From Elioraea sp. (GTDB lineage Bacteria > Pseudomonadota > Alphaproteobacteria > Acetobacterales > Acetobacteraceae): a stretch of DNA of 64,000 nt. Shown in pieces: positions 1-9,664 of the stretch. The notes under the pieces are model-generated. The model saw only the letters and a program-made list of their open reading frames with translations. It was not told the origin of the DNA and did no database searches. How positions within the stretch are numbered: position 1 is the first letter of the stretch; every line of letters begins with the position of its first letter. The stretch is from contig NZ_JBHYDW010000006.1 of NCBI RefSeq assembly GCF_051860475.1, positions 3,174-67,173 of the forward strand, read 5' to 3'. The position numbers and the translations under genes were made by a program.

Positions 1-226
1 GCTGCCAGGCGAGCCAGGCGGCGATCGGCGCGATCAGCCAGCAATGGTTGTAGGCGGTGGAGGTCTCCCAGACCCGCACCGCCGCTGCCGCCTCGGTCCA
101 GAACACCGCGAGCAGCGCGGCGAGCCCGGCCAGCAGCGCGAGCGCGGCCGGCCGCCAGTCCGCGGGCGCGGGCGTCGCTTCGGTCGCGGCGGGGGGCGGG
201 GCGACCGTCTGGCCGATCGCGTTCAT
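1..226 (-). CDS. xrtA: Exosortase A, N-terminal part (runs off the window start)
   Basis: Manual translation from ATG at 226: MNAIGQTVAPPP...LALLAGLAALLAVFWTEAAAAVRVWETSTAYNHCWLIAPIAAWLAWQ. This matches the exosortase N-terminal W-x-S-x-x-Y-x-H-x-x-L-I-x-P-I-x-x-W-L-x-W motif. It lies downstream of the TIGR03087-type GT, as in canonical XrtA loci. Absent from the ORF track because no stop lies in the window. Confidence 0.88.
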   Translation of the reverse strand, partial: MNAIGQTVAPPPAATEATPAPADWRPAALALLAGLAALLAVFWTEAAAAVRVWETSTAYNHCWLIAPIAAWLAWQ

Positions 227-303
227 CGGGGGCTCCGCGGTGGTGGTGGCGGCGTCTCGATCCTAGCGTGATGTGTCGCAGAACGGGCGGGCGGGGTCAA
301 AAC

Positions 304-340
304 ACGAAAAGGGCGGCACCTCGCGGTGCCGCCCCTTCGT
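304..340 (-). terminator. Intrinsic terminator after the PEP-CTERM gene
   Basis: Minus strand reads acgaaggggcggcacc-gcga-ggtgccgcccttttcgtgtttt: a GC stem, a GNRA loop and a U-tract. Confidence 0.8.
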
Positions 341-361
341 GGCGGTTCCAGCCGGGCCGGA

Positions 362-1084
362 TCAGCCGCGGCGGCGGCGCGCGGCGAAGCCAAGGCCCGC
401 GAGGCCCATGCCGAGCAGCGCGAGCGAGGCCGGCTCGGGCACCGGCGTGACCAGACCCTTGATCTGGAACGACAGCGCCGAGGAGCCGGGCTTGCTGCCC
501 GTCCAGTTCAGCGTCGCCTTGCCGGCCAGCGTGAAGTCGCCAGTGATGCCTTCGATCAGCCACCATTCCGCGCCGTTCGCGTTCACGCTGGCGAAGGAAC
601 CGCTGCCGACCAGGTCGCTGTCCAGCATCAGATCGGTGATGTTCAGGCTGCTCGCGCCCGAGGTGCGCAGGCGCAGGGCGAGGGCGTTGACGTCCTCCAC
701 CAGGGCGTCGGTGTAGGTTGCCGAGTAGTTGCCCATGCTGAAGGTGACGGCATCGCCGACCCGCGCCAGGGTGAAGGCGACCGGAGCATTGTTGCCGCTG
801 TTGTTGCCCCAGATCCACTGCGTCGAGCCGCCGGCGATCGGGCCGGCATTGGTGAAGTTCGGCGGTGTGTGCAGACCGATCTCGTAGTCACCCGACAGCG
901 TGTTGCTGCCGACGCGGCCCTGGGCGACGAACGCCTCGGCCACGCCGGGTTCGGTCAGGAAGGCGTTGAACGCGGCATCGTTGGCGAAGGGCTGGGTGAC
1001 GACCGGCGCGGCCTGGGCCGCGGCGGTCAGGCCGACGGCGAAGGCCCCGGCAAGGGCGGTGGTCTTGAGGCTGAACGAGGACAT
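362..1084 (-). CDS. PEP-CTERM sorting-domain surface protein (240 aa; possibly choice-of-anchor W-like)
   Basis: Signal peptide ending AQA. C-terminal VPEPASLALLGMGLAGLGFAARRRRG (PEP + TM + basic tail). Confidence 0.95.
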   Translation of the reverse strand: MSSFSLKTTALAGAFAVGLTAAAQAAPVVTQPFANDAAFNAFLTEPGVAEAFVAQGRVGSNTLSGDYEIGLHTPPNFTNAGPIAGGSTQWIWGNNSGNNAPVAFTLARVGDAVTFSMGNYSATYTDALVEDVNALALRLRTSGASSLNITDLMLDSDLVGSGSFASVNANGAEWWLIEGITGDFTLAGKATLNWTGSKPGSSALSFQIKGLVTPVPEPASLALLGMGLAGLGFAARRRRG

Positions 1085-1129
1085 GGCTGCTCCCGGCAGA
1101 TCAGGTTGAACGGATGGTCCCGGCGGTCA

Positions 1130-1144
1130 GCAAGGGTTGTGCCA
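1130..1144 (-). promoter_or_regulatory. Sigma-54 -24/-12 promoter
   Basis: Minus strand TGGCACAACCCTTGC matches TGGCAC-N5-TTGC, 46 nt upstream of the PEP-CTERM ATG. Confidence 0.88.
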
Positions 1145-1207
1145 GGTGCGCGAAGTTCCTGATCCGCTTCGCCCTTGCATTGCGCCGCGGCATCGTTCGT
1201 GCCGGGG

Positions 1208-1224
1208 TGTAAGGTTTTCCGACA
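1208..1224 (-). promoter_or_regulatory. PEP-CTERM box (putative PrsR enhancer)
   Basis: Minus strand TGTCGGAAAACCTTACA. The same 17-mer family recurs 8 times in the window near sigma-54 promoters. Confidence 0.82.
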
Positions 1225-1305
1225 GGATTCCGTGCCCGCGGCGCACCGAACTCCCGTCCTCCCGGCGAAGCGGCGGGGGACGGGAACCACCCCCGCCGCC
1301 GCCGG

Positions 1306-4300
1306 TCAGGCGAACAGCGCCTCGGGGTTCAGCACGATCGTGTCGAGCGCAAGCCTGCGCTGCCCTTCCAGCACCACGCTGCCGCCCTCGAAGCCGATCA
1401 CCGTGTCCATGCCGGCCTGCGTGACGGAGAGGCTCGCCGCCGCCATGCCCTCGAACAGCAGACGGTCCTGTGCCGGGTTGAAGTCGGTCACCCGGTAGGC
1501 GCCGGGGGCCCGCACGACCAGCAGATCCTGGCCCGCCCCTGTGGTGATCCGGTCGGCGCCGCCGTTGAGCAGGAACACGTCGGCGCCGTCCGAACCGACC
1601 AGCACCTCGTCCGCCGCGCTGCCGGCATGGACGGTGAACCGGAACAGGCCGGAGGCACCGAAATCATGGCGCAGGGTCGGCAGGTCGAGCCCGTCGTGCA
1701 CGACCTGCGCCAGGCGCGGTCCGGCGGCCGGCAGGGTGGCGTCGGCGGTGTCGTAGCGCAGCACGAATTCGGTGCTGCCGGCCGCCGCGACGTCGATCGC
1801 GACCGTCTGCGGCAGTCCGGCGCCCGGCTCGCGCAGCGGCGGCCGATGCGCAAACACGAGCTCGCCATTGGCCTCGATCCGGAGGAGTCCGTGCGCGCGG
1901 CCGCCGTCGTCAGAGAAGTGGAACAGCAGCGGGCGGTCGCCCGGGTCGGAAGCCGCGGGGGGCGGGGCGGGGGCCTCGGGCGGTGCCTCCGCCTCGGGCT
2001 CCGCTGGCGCCGGGGGCGACGGCTCCGCCTCGGGCATTCTGGGCAGGACGTTGACCTCGAAGCCGCGCATGCCCGCATCCGCCATGGTCACGACGCTGCC
2101 GGGCACGGCATGGCCGTTGACCGTGATCCCCTCGATGTGCAGCGCCCGCTCGCCGAGATCCTGCCGGTACAGCACGGCGATCGGCACGGTCCCGGTGAAG
2201 TCGCCGCGCACGATCACCGTGTCGGCCACCCCATCGGACTTCAGCGCCTGCGCCTCGATCGTGTGCCGCGCGGGGTAGGTCACGCCGGCGACCATCACGG
2301 CGTAGAACGCCGAGCCCTCGAACGGGGTCTGCGAGATGCGGAACACCACCTCGTCCGGCCCCGACCCGAACACATGCATCGCCGGTTCGCGCGGCGTGGG
2401 CGGCGGCTCAGGTTCGGAGGGCGGTGGCGGGGGTGGAGGGGGCGCCTCCGAGACCGGCGGCGGCGATGGCGGAGGCACGGAGGGCAGCGTGGCCGACAGG
2501 CCGATCATGGCGGTGTCGCCGGTCAGCAGCAGATTCTTCTGGTCGACGGCGACGGCGAGGCCGTTGAACGTCGCCGACTGGATGAACAGGTTCCGATCCG
2601 CGCTCGTGTTGCCGTAATACGCGTCGTTGGTGAACCGGATCGCGATCGTCGTGTTGGCGTCGAACTCGCCGCGGATGATCAGCGTGTCGGTCTCGTTCTT
2701 TGCGCGCAGCGCCGAGGCCACCTGCACGCCGTCGAGCTGTACTCCGTCGACCAGCACGACATACTCGGCCGAGCCGTCGAACCAGGACTGGTTCAGCCGT
2801 ACCACCACCTGATCGGCCCCCTCGCCCAGTTCGACGGTCTTCGGCGTGAGCTCGGCAACCGGCGCGAGGAAGAAGATCGGCGCAACCTGCAACGGCGCCG
2901 TGGAAGGCGGCGGCGCCGGCACGCCGACCGTCGCGGTCGAAACCGCGCCGTTGGAGAGCAGCCCCCATTGCGATACCGCAAGCGCCGCGCCGTTCATCTC
3001 GGCGGCATGGACGAAGATGTCGCGGCCCTTGTTCCAGCCGGCATGCGTGTCGTTCATGAACTTCAGCCCGACCGCGGTGCCGTCGGGGAAGCTGCCGCGC
3101 ACGATCACGGTGTCGTACTCGCCATTGGCAAGCAGCGCGTTGACCGTCTGGCGCCCGCCGAGTTCCACGCCGTTGACCAGCACGACGTACTCGGACTTGC
3201 CCTGCCAGTAGTTCTGGTTGACCTGGAACACCATCTCGTCCGGACCGCTGCCGACCACCACCGTCTTCGGCGTCAGGTCCGGGCGCTCGAAGGCGATCAC
3301 GGCGGTCTCGTTCTGCGCCATCAGGCTCTTCTTCGGCGCGATGTCGAGCGTCTCGCCGTTGAGCGTGGCCGACTGCACGTACAGGTTCCGGTCGCGGCCA
3401 TAGCCGTCGCTCAGGTCGTTGACGTAACGGATCGCCAGCTTGACCGGACCGTCGGAGAAATGGCCGCGGATGATCAGCGTGTCGGTCTCGCCGGCGGAGC
3501 GGAACGCCGCGGCCTCCTGCACCCCGCCGACCTGCTTGCCGTCGAGCAGCACGACGTACTTGGCGGAGTCGAGGTACCAGTCCTGGTTCAGCCGGATTAC
3601 CACCTCGTCCGGCCCGTCGCCGAGCGCCACCGTCTTCGGCGGCAGCGGGTCGATCTCGGGAATCGCGATGACGTTCGGCTCCGGCTTCACGAGCGCCGGC
3701 GGGCTGATCATCGTCCCGTCGGCCTTGAACACGAAATCCTGCGGCGTGTTGTTCGCGAGATAGGCGCGCGTCGGCAGATCCTCGCCGTTGTAGCTGATCG
3801 CGTTGACGTAGAGGTTGCGGTCGCGTGCGAGCGAGCCGAAATAGAGGTCGTTGGTCATCTGCACGCGCACGGTGACGGTGTCGCCGAAATCGCCGCGGAT
3901 CGTCACGGTGTCGGCCTCGGCGAGCGACTTCAGCGCCGAGGCGGTGAACACGCCGCCCACCTGCTTGCCGTCGACGGAAATGACGTACTGGGCGCTGCCA
4001 TTGAACCAGTCCTGCGAGATCTTCAGCACGATCTCGTCGGGCCCCGTGCCGATCACGTGCGCGGCCGGCTTGTTCGCGGTGGTCGGGTAGAGCGGATCGT
4101 TCATGTAGAGATCGTGCAGCTCGCGGATCGTCACCGCGAACTGGGGCACGCGGACGTAGTTGTCGGTGCGCGCACCGGGCGGGGCGAGGGCGAGGAAGGT
4201 CTCGACCGCGTCGCGATAGCGCGCGTCGCCGGTGGCGGCGTAGGCCATGGTGAGGCCGCCCACCAGCATCCGGTGGTATTCCTGCTCGGTGTAGGTGAAC

Positions 4301-6084
4301 GCCCCGTCGGCATAGGTGCCGGCGGCGCGCATCACGTCCGCGACATCGCTCCAGCGGGTCAGCGGCGTGCCGTTCACGGCGGTCGGGATCGTGATCACCG
4401 CCGCGTTGTGCGGATCGAAGCCCTTGCTGGCCGAGTTGAGCGCGCCGAGCAGGAAGTTGGACATGAAGTCCAGCACCTGCAGCGCTTCCGTGCTGCCGCG
4501 CAGCGCGGAGAGCGCGACCACGCCGGCGAACATGTTGGTCTGCCAGACCGGGATGTGATCGCCGTAGGCCGCGCTCGGAATGAACCCGGCGATCTCGCCA
4601 TAGGTCGCGGTCCAGGCGTTGGCGTTGGCGAGAACCCAGTTCCAGTTGTCGGCGATCGTTTTGGTGAAGAACGCCGCCTCGGTGCTGCCGTCCTCGGCGA
4701 TCCAGGCGGCGTGTTCGAGCTGGCGCATCGACCAGGCGGCGCTGCGCAGCTGGGCGTCACGGATGACGATGCCCTCGCCGTTGCCGCGCACCGCCGGCCA
4801 GACATCCATCAGCGAGTGCGAGGCCTGGGTCATGACGTTGTCGTAGATCCAGCGCTCGCCCGTCAGCAGGTAGGGCACGAAGGAGAGGTCGGGCTGGTGC
4901 GCCCGGTCGGGCCCCCAGCCGGTGTCGGTGGAGACCTGCTGGGTGAGGCCGGTGGAGGCGCTGCTGCCGGGAGTGCCGGTGCCGCCGCGCCCGTCGGTCC
5001 AGAGCCGGGGATAGTGCTCGGTGGTGAGCACCGTGCCGTTGGCCATGTCATAGAAGTTCCACGGCACGTAGCCGGCGACCTTGGCCTGGCCGAGCGCGTA
5101 GTCCGCCGCCGCGGCATCCTGGCTGATGATCCAGGAGGCGTTCGGCGCGGTGGTGTAGCCGATGTCCGGCCGCCCGCCGGCATTGCCCATGGACTGGGCG
5201 ACCCCGTGGTTCCAGAAGATCTCGCCCCATTGGGGGTTGTTGGCGACCTGCTCGTAGTAGTGCCGCAGGTCTCCGGGGTTGATGACGAAGTCGGTGTCGT
5301 ACTGGAAGATCGCTGCCGCAGCCTTCAGGTACTCGATGTCGTGCTTGATGTTCAGCCAGCCTTCCTGCGGCGCGCCGAGGCCCTGGATGCCGTGCGCCTC
5401 GTTCGAGCTGAAGTCCAGGCTGACCCGCTGGTACTGACCATGGCTCAGGCCCTGCTCGAACACCGTCGCGCCGTCCAGCGTGACGGTGGCGACATAGTTG
5501 AGCCGCCCGCCGACCGCTTCCATCGCGCGGTCGTTGTTGAGCCCGACGGTGAAGCGGATCTCGCCATCGGCGTAGCCGGTGACGTCGAGCACCACGCGCA
5601 GCGAGGAGTTCTCGACCGGGATCTCGACGCGCGCCTGGGTCGCGAACGGGCCCTGCTGCCAGAACGACGCCGTGCCGGTCGCGATCGCCTGCGTGACGGC
5701 CGCGCCGATGTCGATGCCGAGCGGCGCCCGGCCGTCCTCGATCGCGAGCGTCAGGCTGGCGCTGTGCCCGGCAAGCACCTGCGCGAGCGAGACCGGCGCG
5801 GCCGGCGCTGCGGCCCCGCCGGCGAGCAGGGTCGCGGTCGCCTCCTGCCACGGCGCGAGCTCCGGCCGCTCCATGGTCAGCACCGCCATCTTCACCGACC
5901 CGTCGGGGTGGGTGTTGCGCACATCGACCTGCACCGCGACGAGCTGGCCGCCGATCTCGGCCAGCAACTGCTGGCCGGGCAGCAGGTCGCCGGCCTGGAA
6001 GGTCTGGCCGAAGGACGCGAAACCGCCCGCGAGGGTCAGCACGCCAGCATTCTGGAACGTCACCTGGGTGATCGGATCGGGCAT
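1306..6084 (-). CDS. Large secreted multidomain protein (1592 aa): lyase-like N-terminal region, five CBM60-like repeats, Pro-rich linkers and an RTX/T1SS-type C-terminus
   Basis: N-terminal FGQTF..GD..HPDGSVK (PcRGLX/YetA-like). Five repeats G.GPDE(V/I)V.....Y.V.VDG....G.........DT...RG.F......NDx..DRNL(Y/F)V. C-terminal GSAADEVLVGSDGADVFLLNGGADRITTGAGQD...VTDFNPAQDRL. GGAG RBS. Confidence 0.8.
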   Translation of the reverse strand: MPDPITQVTFQNAGVLTLAGGFASFGQTFQAGDLLPGQQLLAEIGGQLVAVQVDVRNTHPDGSVKMAVLTMERPELAPWQEATATLLAGGAAAPAAPVSLAQVLAGHSASLTLAIEDGRAPLGIDIGAAVTQAIATGTASFWQQGPFATQARVEIPVENSSLRVVLDVTGYADGEIRFTVGLNNDRAMEAVGGRLNYVATVTLDGATVFEQGLSHGQYQRVSLDFSSNEAHGIQGLGAPQEGWLNIKHDIEYLKAAAAIFQYDTDFVINPGDLRHYYEQVANNPQWGEIFWNHGVAQSMGNAGGRPDIGYTTAPNASWIISQDAAAADYALGQAKVAGYVPWNFYDMANGTVLTTEHYPRLWTDGRGGTGTPGSSASTGLTQQVSTDTGWGPDRAHQPDLSFVPYLLTGERWIYDNVMTQASHSLMDVWPAVRGNGEGIVIRDAQLRSAAWSMRQLEHAAWIAEDGSTEAAFFTKTIADNWNWVLANANAWTATYGEIAGFIPSAAYGDHIPVWQTNMFAGVVALSALRGSTEALQVLDFMSNFLLGALNSASKGFDPHNAAVITIPTAVNGTPLTRWSDVADVMRAAGTYADGAFTYTEQEYHRMLVGGLTMAYAATGDARYRDAVETFLALAPPGARTDNYVRVPQFAVTIRELHDLYMNDPLYPTTANKPAAHVIGTGPDEIVLKISQDWFNGSAQYVISVDGKQVGGVFTASALKSLAEADTVTIRGDFGDTVTVRVQMTNDLYFGSLARDRNLYVNAISYNGEDLPTRAYLANNTPQDFVFKADGTMISPPALVKPEPNVIAIPEIDPLPPKTVALGDGPDEVVIRLNQDWYLDSAKYVVLLDGKQVGGVQEAAAFRSAGETDTLIIRGHFSDGPVKLAIRYVNDLSDGYGRDRNLYVQSATLNGETLDIAPKKSLMAQNETAVIAFERPDLTPKTVVVGSGPDEMVFQVNQNYWQGKSEYVVLVNGVELGGRQTVNALLANGEYDTVIVRGSFPDGTAVGLKFMNDTHAGWNKGRDIFVHAAEMNGAALAVSQWGLLSNGAVSTATVGVPAPPPSTAPLQVAPIFFLAPVAELTPKTVELGEGADQVVVRLNQSWFDGSAEYVVLVDGVQLDGVQVASALRAKNETDTLIIRGEFDANTTIAIRFTNDAYYGNTSADRNLFIQSATFNGLAVAVDQKNLLLTGDTAMIGLSATLPSVPPPSPPPVSEAPPPPPPPPSEPEPPPTPREPAMHVFGSGPDEVVFRISQTPFEGSAFYAVMVAGVTYPARHTIEAQALKSDGVADTVIVRGDFTGTVPIAVLYRQDLGERALHIEGITVNGHAVPGSVVTMADAGMRGFEVNVLPRMPEAEPSPPAPAEPEAEAPPEAPAPPPAASDPGDRPLLFHFSDDGGRAHGLLRIEANGELVFAHRPPLREPGAGLPQTVAIDVAAAGSTEFVLRYDTADATLPAAGPRLAQVVHDGLDLPTLRHDFGASGLFRFTVHAGSAADEVLVGSDGADVFLLNGGADRITTGAGQDLLVVRAPGAYRVTDFNPAQDRLLFEGMAAASLSVTQAGMDTVIGFEGGSVVLEGQRRLALDTIVLNPEALFA

Positions 6085-6294
6085 TCGTGTCTCCGGGCTC
6101 TCGGCAGTCGGGGGGGCCCGAGGCGCCGGAGTGGCACACCCGGGAACGGGGGGGTCCGAGACGCCATGCGTAACGCGGTCTGTCAGACTGGCGTCAGCGC
6201 CTGACGATGAATTCTCGCTACGGTTGTCGGCTTGGAGCCTGACTGTGGCGAGAACAAGGTGGCTCCCCCTGCGGACAACGCCGCGCGGAACGGC

Positions 6295-7503
6295 CTACGC
6301 CGTCAGCACCGCGTCCAGGCGCCGGAGCGTGGCCGCCCAGTCATGCGCGGCCCGGACGGCCGCGCGCGCGGCCGTGCCGAGCCGCGGATGCGCCCCGTCC
6401 AGCACCGAGGCGACGGCGGCAGCGGTCGCCGCCGCACCCTCCGCCACCAGCAGGTCCTGGCCCGGGACAGCGCGGACACCCTCGAACGCCGCCGGGGTCG
6501 CGACCACGGGCCGGGCCATCGCCATCGCCTCCAGCACCTTGTTCTGGATGCCGCGCGCGATCGCGAGCGGCGCAACCGCGACCGCGGCATGCGCCAGATA
6601 CGGGCGCACATCCGGCACCGTGCCTGTCACGTGCACGCCGGGCAGGGAGGCAAGCGCCTGCACTGCCGGCGCAGGGTTCGCACCGACGATCCAGAACGAG
6701 GGCGGCGGCGCGCGGCGGCGCAGGAGCGGCAGCACGGACGCGGCGAACCATGCCACCGCCTCGACATTCGGGCGGTAGCCCATGGTGCCGGTGAACACGA
6801 TCGGCACGACCCCGTCCGGGTAGGGGCTCGGCCAGTCGTGCGCGGGATCGAACCGGGCGAGATCCACCCCGTTCTCGACCCAATCGACGCGCCCCGCACA
6901 GTCGGGCGCGAGCGTGACGAAGTGCCGCGCCTCCTCCTCGGAGACGAACAGGGTGCGGTCGAAGTCGAGGGCGGCGCGCCGCTCGAGGCCGAGCAACGTG
7001 CGCGCCTCGCGCGCCCAGACGAGCCGCATCGGCGGCTTCGCCCCGGCGGCGTAGGCCTGCCACTTGGCCGAATCGACGTCGACCATGTCGAGCACGCGTC
7101 GGAAGTCCGGCCGGTGCGCCTCGGGTCCCATCACGTAGGGCGCCATGGCCGAGGAATAGACCAGGGCCGCGTCCCAGCGGCGGTCGCACAGCCCCTGACG
7201 GACCCAGGCGGCGAGCATGGGGTGGTGGAACCAGCCGAGCGAGAGCGGCTGGCCGGGCCGCAGCCGGGTCAGTGCCCGTGCCGCTGCCTGCCACCGGCCG
7301 CGCAGCCGCTGCGCCTCGACATGGGCGCAGCGGGCGCGGAGCGTCGCGAGGTGGTCGAGGTCGCGCGGGTCATCGACCAGGCAGCCGAGCTCCACCGTCC
7401 AGGAGCCGGCGAGGTGGTCGAGCATGTGCCAGGCGCGGATCTTCTCGCCCTTGTCGGGCGGATAGGGGATGCGGTGGGCCAGGAAGAGCAGGCGGCGGGG
7501 CAT
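6295..7503 (-). CDS. XrtA/PEP-CTERM system glycosyltransferase (GT4, TIGR03087-type)
   Basis: Starts LLFLAHRIPYPPDKGEKIRAWH and has GIQNKVLEAMAM, both diagnostic of this family. Confidence 0.93.
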   Translation of the reverse strand: MPRRLLFLAHRIPYPPDKGEKIRAWHMLDHLAGSWTVELGCLVDDPRDLDHLATLRARCAHVEAQRLRGRWQAAARALTRLRPGQPLSLGWFHHPMLAAWVRQGLCDRRWDAALVYSSAMAPYVMGPEAHRPDFRRVLDMVDVDSAKWQAYAAGAKPPMRLVWAREARTLLGLERRAALDFDRTLFVSEEEARHFVTLAPDCAGRVDWVENGVDLARFDPAHDWPSPYPDGVVPIVFTGTMGYRPNVEAVAWFAASVLPLLRRRAPPPSFWIVGANPAPAVQALASLPGVHVTGTVPDVRPYLAHAAVAVAPLAIARGIQNKVLEAMAMARPVVATPAAFEGVRAVPGQDLLVAEGAAATAAAVASVLDGAHPRLGTAARAAVRAAHDWAATLRRLDAVLTA

Positions 7504-7699
7504 CGGCGCCCCTTACAGCATGTCCGTTGCCCCGGGCCTACCGCCGCGCGCGGCGCAGTCCCGCGAGGATCCCCGCGTTCGGCACACCCTCGGCGTCTAG
7601 CAGGGCTGCGAAGCCCGGCGCGATCGCCACCACGCCGCCCGGCAACAGGTCGGCGAAGCCCGCGAAGGTGAAGGCCACACCGCTGCCCGCATGGGCGAT

Positions 7700-7930
7700 C
7701 CCGCCCGCGCCCGCGCAGCTCCTCCGCGGTGCTGACCAGGTGCCGCAGGTCGCGGCCGAGGCGGTCCAGTCGCCACAGCACGAGCGTGTCGCCGGGCCGC
7801 AGCGCCTTGAGACACGCGGCAAGGCCTGGCCGGTCGTCGTGCCGGCCGGAGGCGAGATCCTGATAGATGCGCCCCGCGTCCACGCCGGCGGCGAGCAGCG
7901 CGTCGTACGGCGGGGCGAGCGTCGGCGCGG
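7700..7930 (-). pseudogene. Serine resolvase/invertase fragment
   Basis: DALLAAGVDAGRIYQDLASGRHDDRPGLAACLKALRPGDTLVLWRLDRLGRDLRHLVSTAEELRGRG. It lacks the N-terminal GYARVS catalytic motif and the C-terminal half. Boundaries approximate. Confidence 0.82.
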
Positions 7931-7956
7931 AGTTACCCCCGCCCAGTCGGGTTCCC

Positions 7957-9126
7957 TCAGCCGATACGGACGCGCCGCGTCACCTGCCCGTTGCTCTCCC
8001 AGTAGGTGCGCTTGTTGGCGATCAACGGGTCGTCCATCGCCGGCTGCACCCGCCCCGCGGCGTCGGTCGCCCGCGACGTGACCGCGTGCTCGCCCGGCCT
8101 CGGGTCGGCCCACTCCAGCGACCAGATCTTCCACGCGAACTCGGCGTCCTCGGTGCGGTCGATGACGGCCGGCACCCACGCGCCGCCGTCGATCTGCACC
8201 TCGACCCGCGCCACGTCGCCGCCCCACGCCGCGCCGACGATCCGGTGCCGCCCCTCCAGCCGCGTGACCCTCGCCGGCGCGGACTTGAGCAGCGCCCGCC
8301 CCACCGAGGTCTCCACGCCCACCATCCGCCCGTTGCGCGGCTCCTCCCGGAGGGTCACGTAGTCCCGCGCCATGAACCGGCCCATGTAGCGCCGGTCGCG
8401 CACCTCGATCCGCTCAAGCCACTTCACGTTGGCGATGCCGTACCAGCCCGGCGCGATCAGCCGCAGCGGGAATCCGTTCGCCTGGGGCAGCGGCACCCCG
8501 TTCATCTCGTAGCAGAGCAGGTTCTGCGGGCTCATCGCGTCGGCGAGTGACATGCTGCGGGCGAAGTGCTGCCGCGTCCGGACCGTGCGCACCACCTCCT
8601 CTCCGGTGTCGGCGCCGAAGAACACCACCTCGATGCCGTCCCGCAGCACCCCGGCCTCCTCCAGGACCGCGGCGAGCGGCGTGCCCGCCCACCGGGCGTT
8701 GCCGATGCCGCCGACGAAGAAGGGCGGGCCGTGATTGCCGGCGCACTCCAGCGTGAATACGACTTCGCGCCGCGGCCGGGCCTTGATCTCGGCGAGCGAG
8801 AAGGTGCGCGGTCGTTGGACGCGGCCGGAAAGCTCCAGCTTCCAGGATGCCTCGTCGAGCGCCGGCCAGTCGTAGTGCCCGATCTGGAAGAATCTCTCGT
8901 TGGGGGTGATCCAGGAGCCGAGTTCCTCCCAGCGAAGGACGTTGCGGACGACGTCGGGCACCGGGTTGGCCGCCGGCTGGTCGAGCCAGGGCAGGACCTC
9001 CTCGCCGGTCCTGCTCGGGAAGGCCCAGGCGGGGACCGCGGCGTGAGCGAGCGCCAGCCCCGTGAGCGTCGCCGCGGCGCCCCCGCGGGCCAGAAGGTCC
9101 CTGCGCAGCATGCCTTCGGTGTTCAT
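7957..9126 (-). CDS. Tat-exported molybdopterin oxidoreductase (sulfite oxidase family), 389 aa
   Basis: Start reassigned to ATG 9126 (GAGGAGG RBS). Twin-Arg LRRDLL. Motifs TLECAGN, GNARWAG, NGFPLRLIAPGWYGIANVKWL..I and a C-terminal Mo-co dimer domain (SRATD..GRVQP). Confidence 0.92.
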   Translation of the reverse strand: MNTEGMLRRDLLARGGAAATLTGLALAHAAVPAWAFPSRTGEEVLPWLDQPAANPVPDVVRNVLRWEELGSWITPNERFFQIGHYDWPALDEASWKLELSGRVQRPRTFSLAEIKARPRREVVFTLECAGNHGPPFFVGGIGNARWAGTPLAAVLEEAGVLRDGIEVVFFGADTGEEVVRTVRTRQHFARSMSLADAMSPQNLLCYEMNGVPLPQANGFPLRLIAPGWYGIANVKWLERIEVRDRRYMGRFMARDYVTLREEPRNGRMVGVETSVGRALLKSAPARVTRLEGRHRIVGAAWGGDVARVEVQIDGGAWVPAVIDRTEDAEFAWKIWSLEWADPRPGEHAVTSRATDAAGRVQPAMDDPLIANKRTYWESNGQVTRRVRIG

Positions 9127-9166
9127 CGCTCGCCTCCTCGGTTCCACGGCCGGATGAGGCCCGGCG

Positions 9167-9475
9167 GTGCACGCGGCGGCTATCCGCTTTCGGTCAGCCC
9201 ATCCGCGGACGGCCAGATTCTTCATCGCCGGGCGGTACGGCGCCGCCGCGCTCTGGCTGCGGAAGGAAGTGCTGGCGAACCCCGCCGCCGCCTGGGTCAA
9301 CCGCCAGCTCGCCGCGAACTACGCCCTGCTCGGCGACCGCCCCGCCGCGCTCGGCGCGATGTGCCGCGCATACCCGGACGCCACGGTGGACAGCGTCGCG
9401 GCGGTCCCCCCGCCCATCGCCGCGTGCCGCGAGCGAACCGTCGAGACGCTGGCCGGGCGCGGCCTGCCCCGCTGA
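9167..9475 (+). pseudogene. Probable C-terminal TPR fragment (adenylate-cyclase/TolB-associated type)
   Basis: FFIAGRYGAAALWLRK..LANPAAAWVNRQLAANYALLG...RAYPDATV....ETLAGRGLP resembles TPR tails. There is no convincing start. Confidence 0.45.
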
Positions 9476-9550
9476 CCGGGGTGCGCGGCCGCGCGGCAAG
9501 GCCTTCGACGCCCGCCGTACCGACCCCTAGGCGCCCGGCCGGAGCCCGCC

Positions 9551-9664
9551 GTGGCGTGCACGCGGAACTGGGAGCAGTGCAAGCGCCTGCCTGCCGGCCC
9601 CGCCAGGGCGCTGCTCAGGATCCTCGATCGCGCGCCGGAGGCGGCGCTCGCAGCCCTTGGCTGA
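9551..9664 (+). pseudogene. C-terminal remnant of an XRE-family HTH antitoxin/regulator
   Basis: Manual translation RNWEQCKRLPAGPARALLRILDRAPEAALAALG* matches the NWEQGRR.P.GPA.ALL..I...PE pattern. The N-terminal helices are missing. Confidence 0.75.

Noticed and set aside
44-271. Short plus-strand ORFs at the window start
   Set aside because: The opposite strand encodes the exosortase A N-terminus.
1627-6204. 1525-aa plus-strand ORF, and similar giant ORFs 31956-35822 (-), 13933-16623 (+), 42509-45838 (+), 42720-45230 (-), 52389-55097 (-) and 57482-59911 (-)
   Set aside because: These are antisense or alternate-frame shadows of real genes in high-GC DNA, with Arg/Gly/Ala-rich translations and no motifs.
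6181-6243. TGTCAG/TGTCGG half-sites and a short palindrome upstream of the giant enzyme gene
   Set aside because: No complete 17-bp box and no sigma-54 motif at the expected distance.
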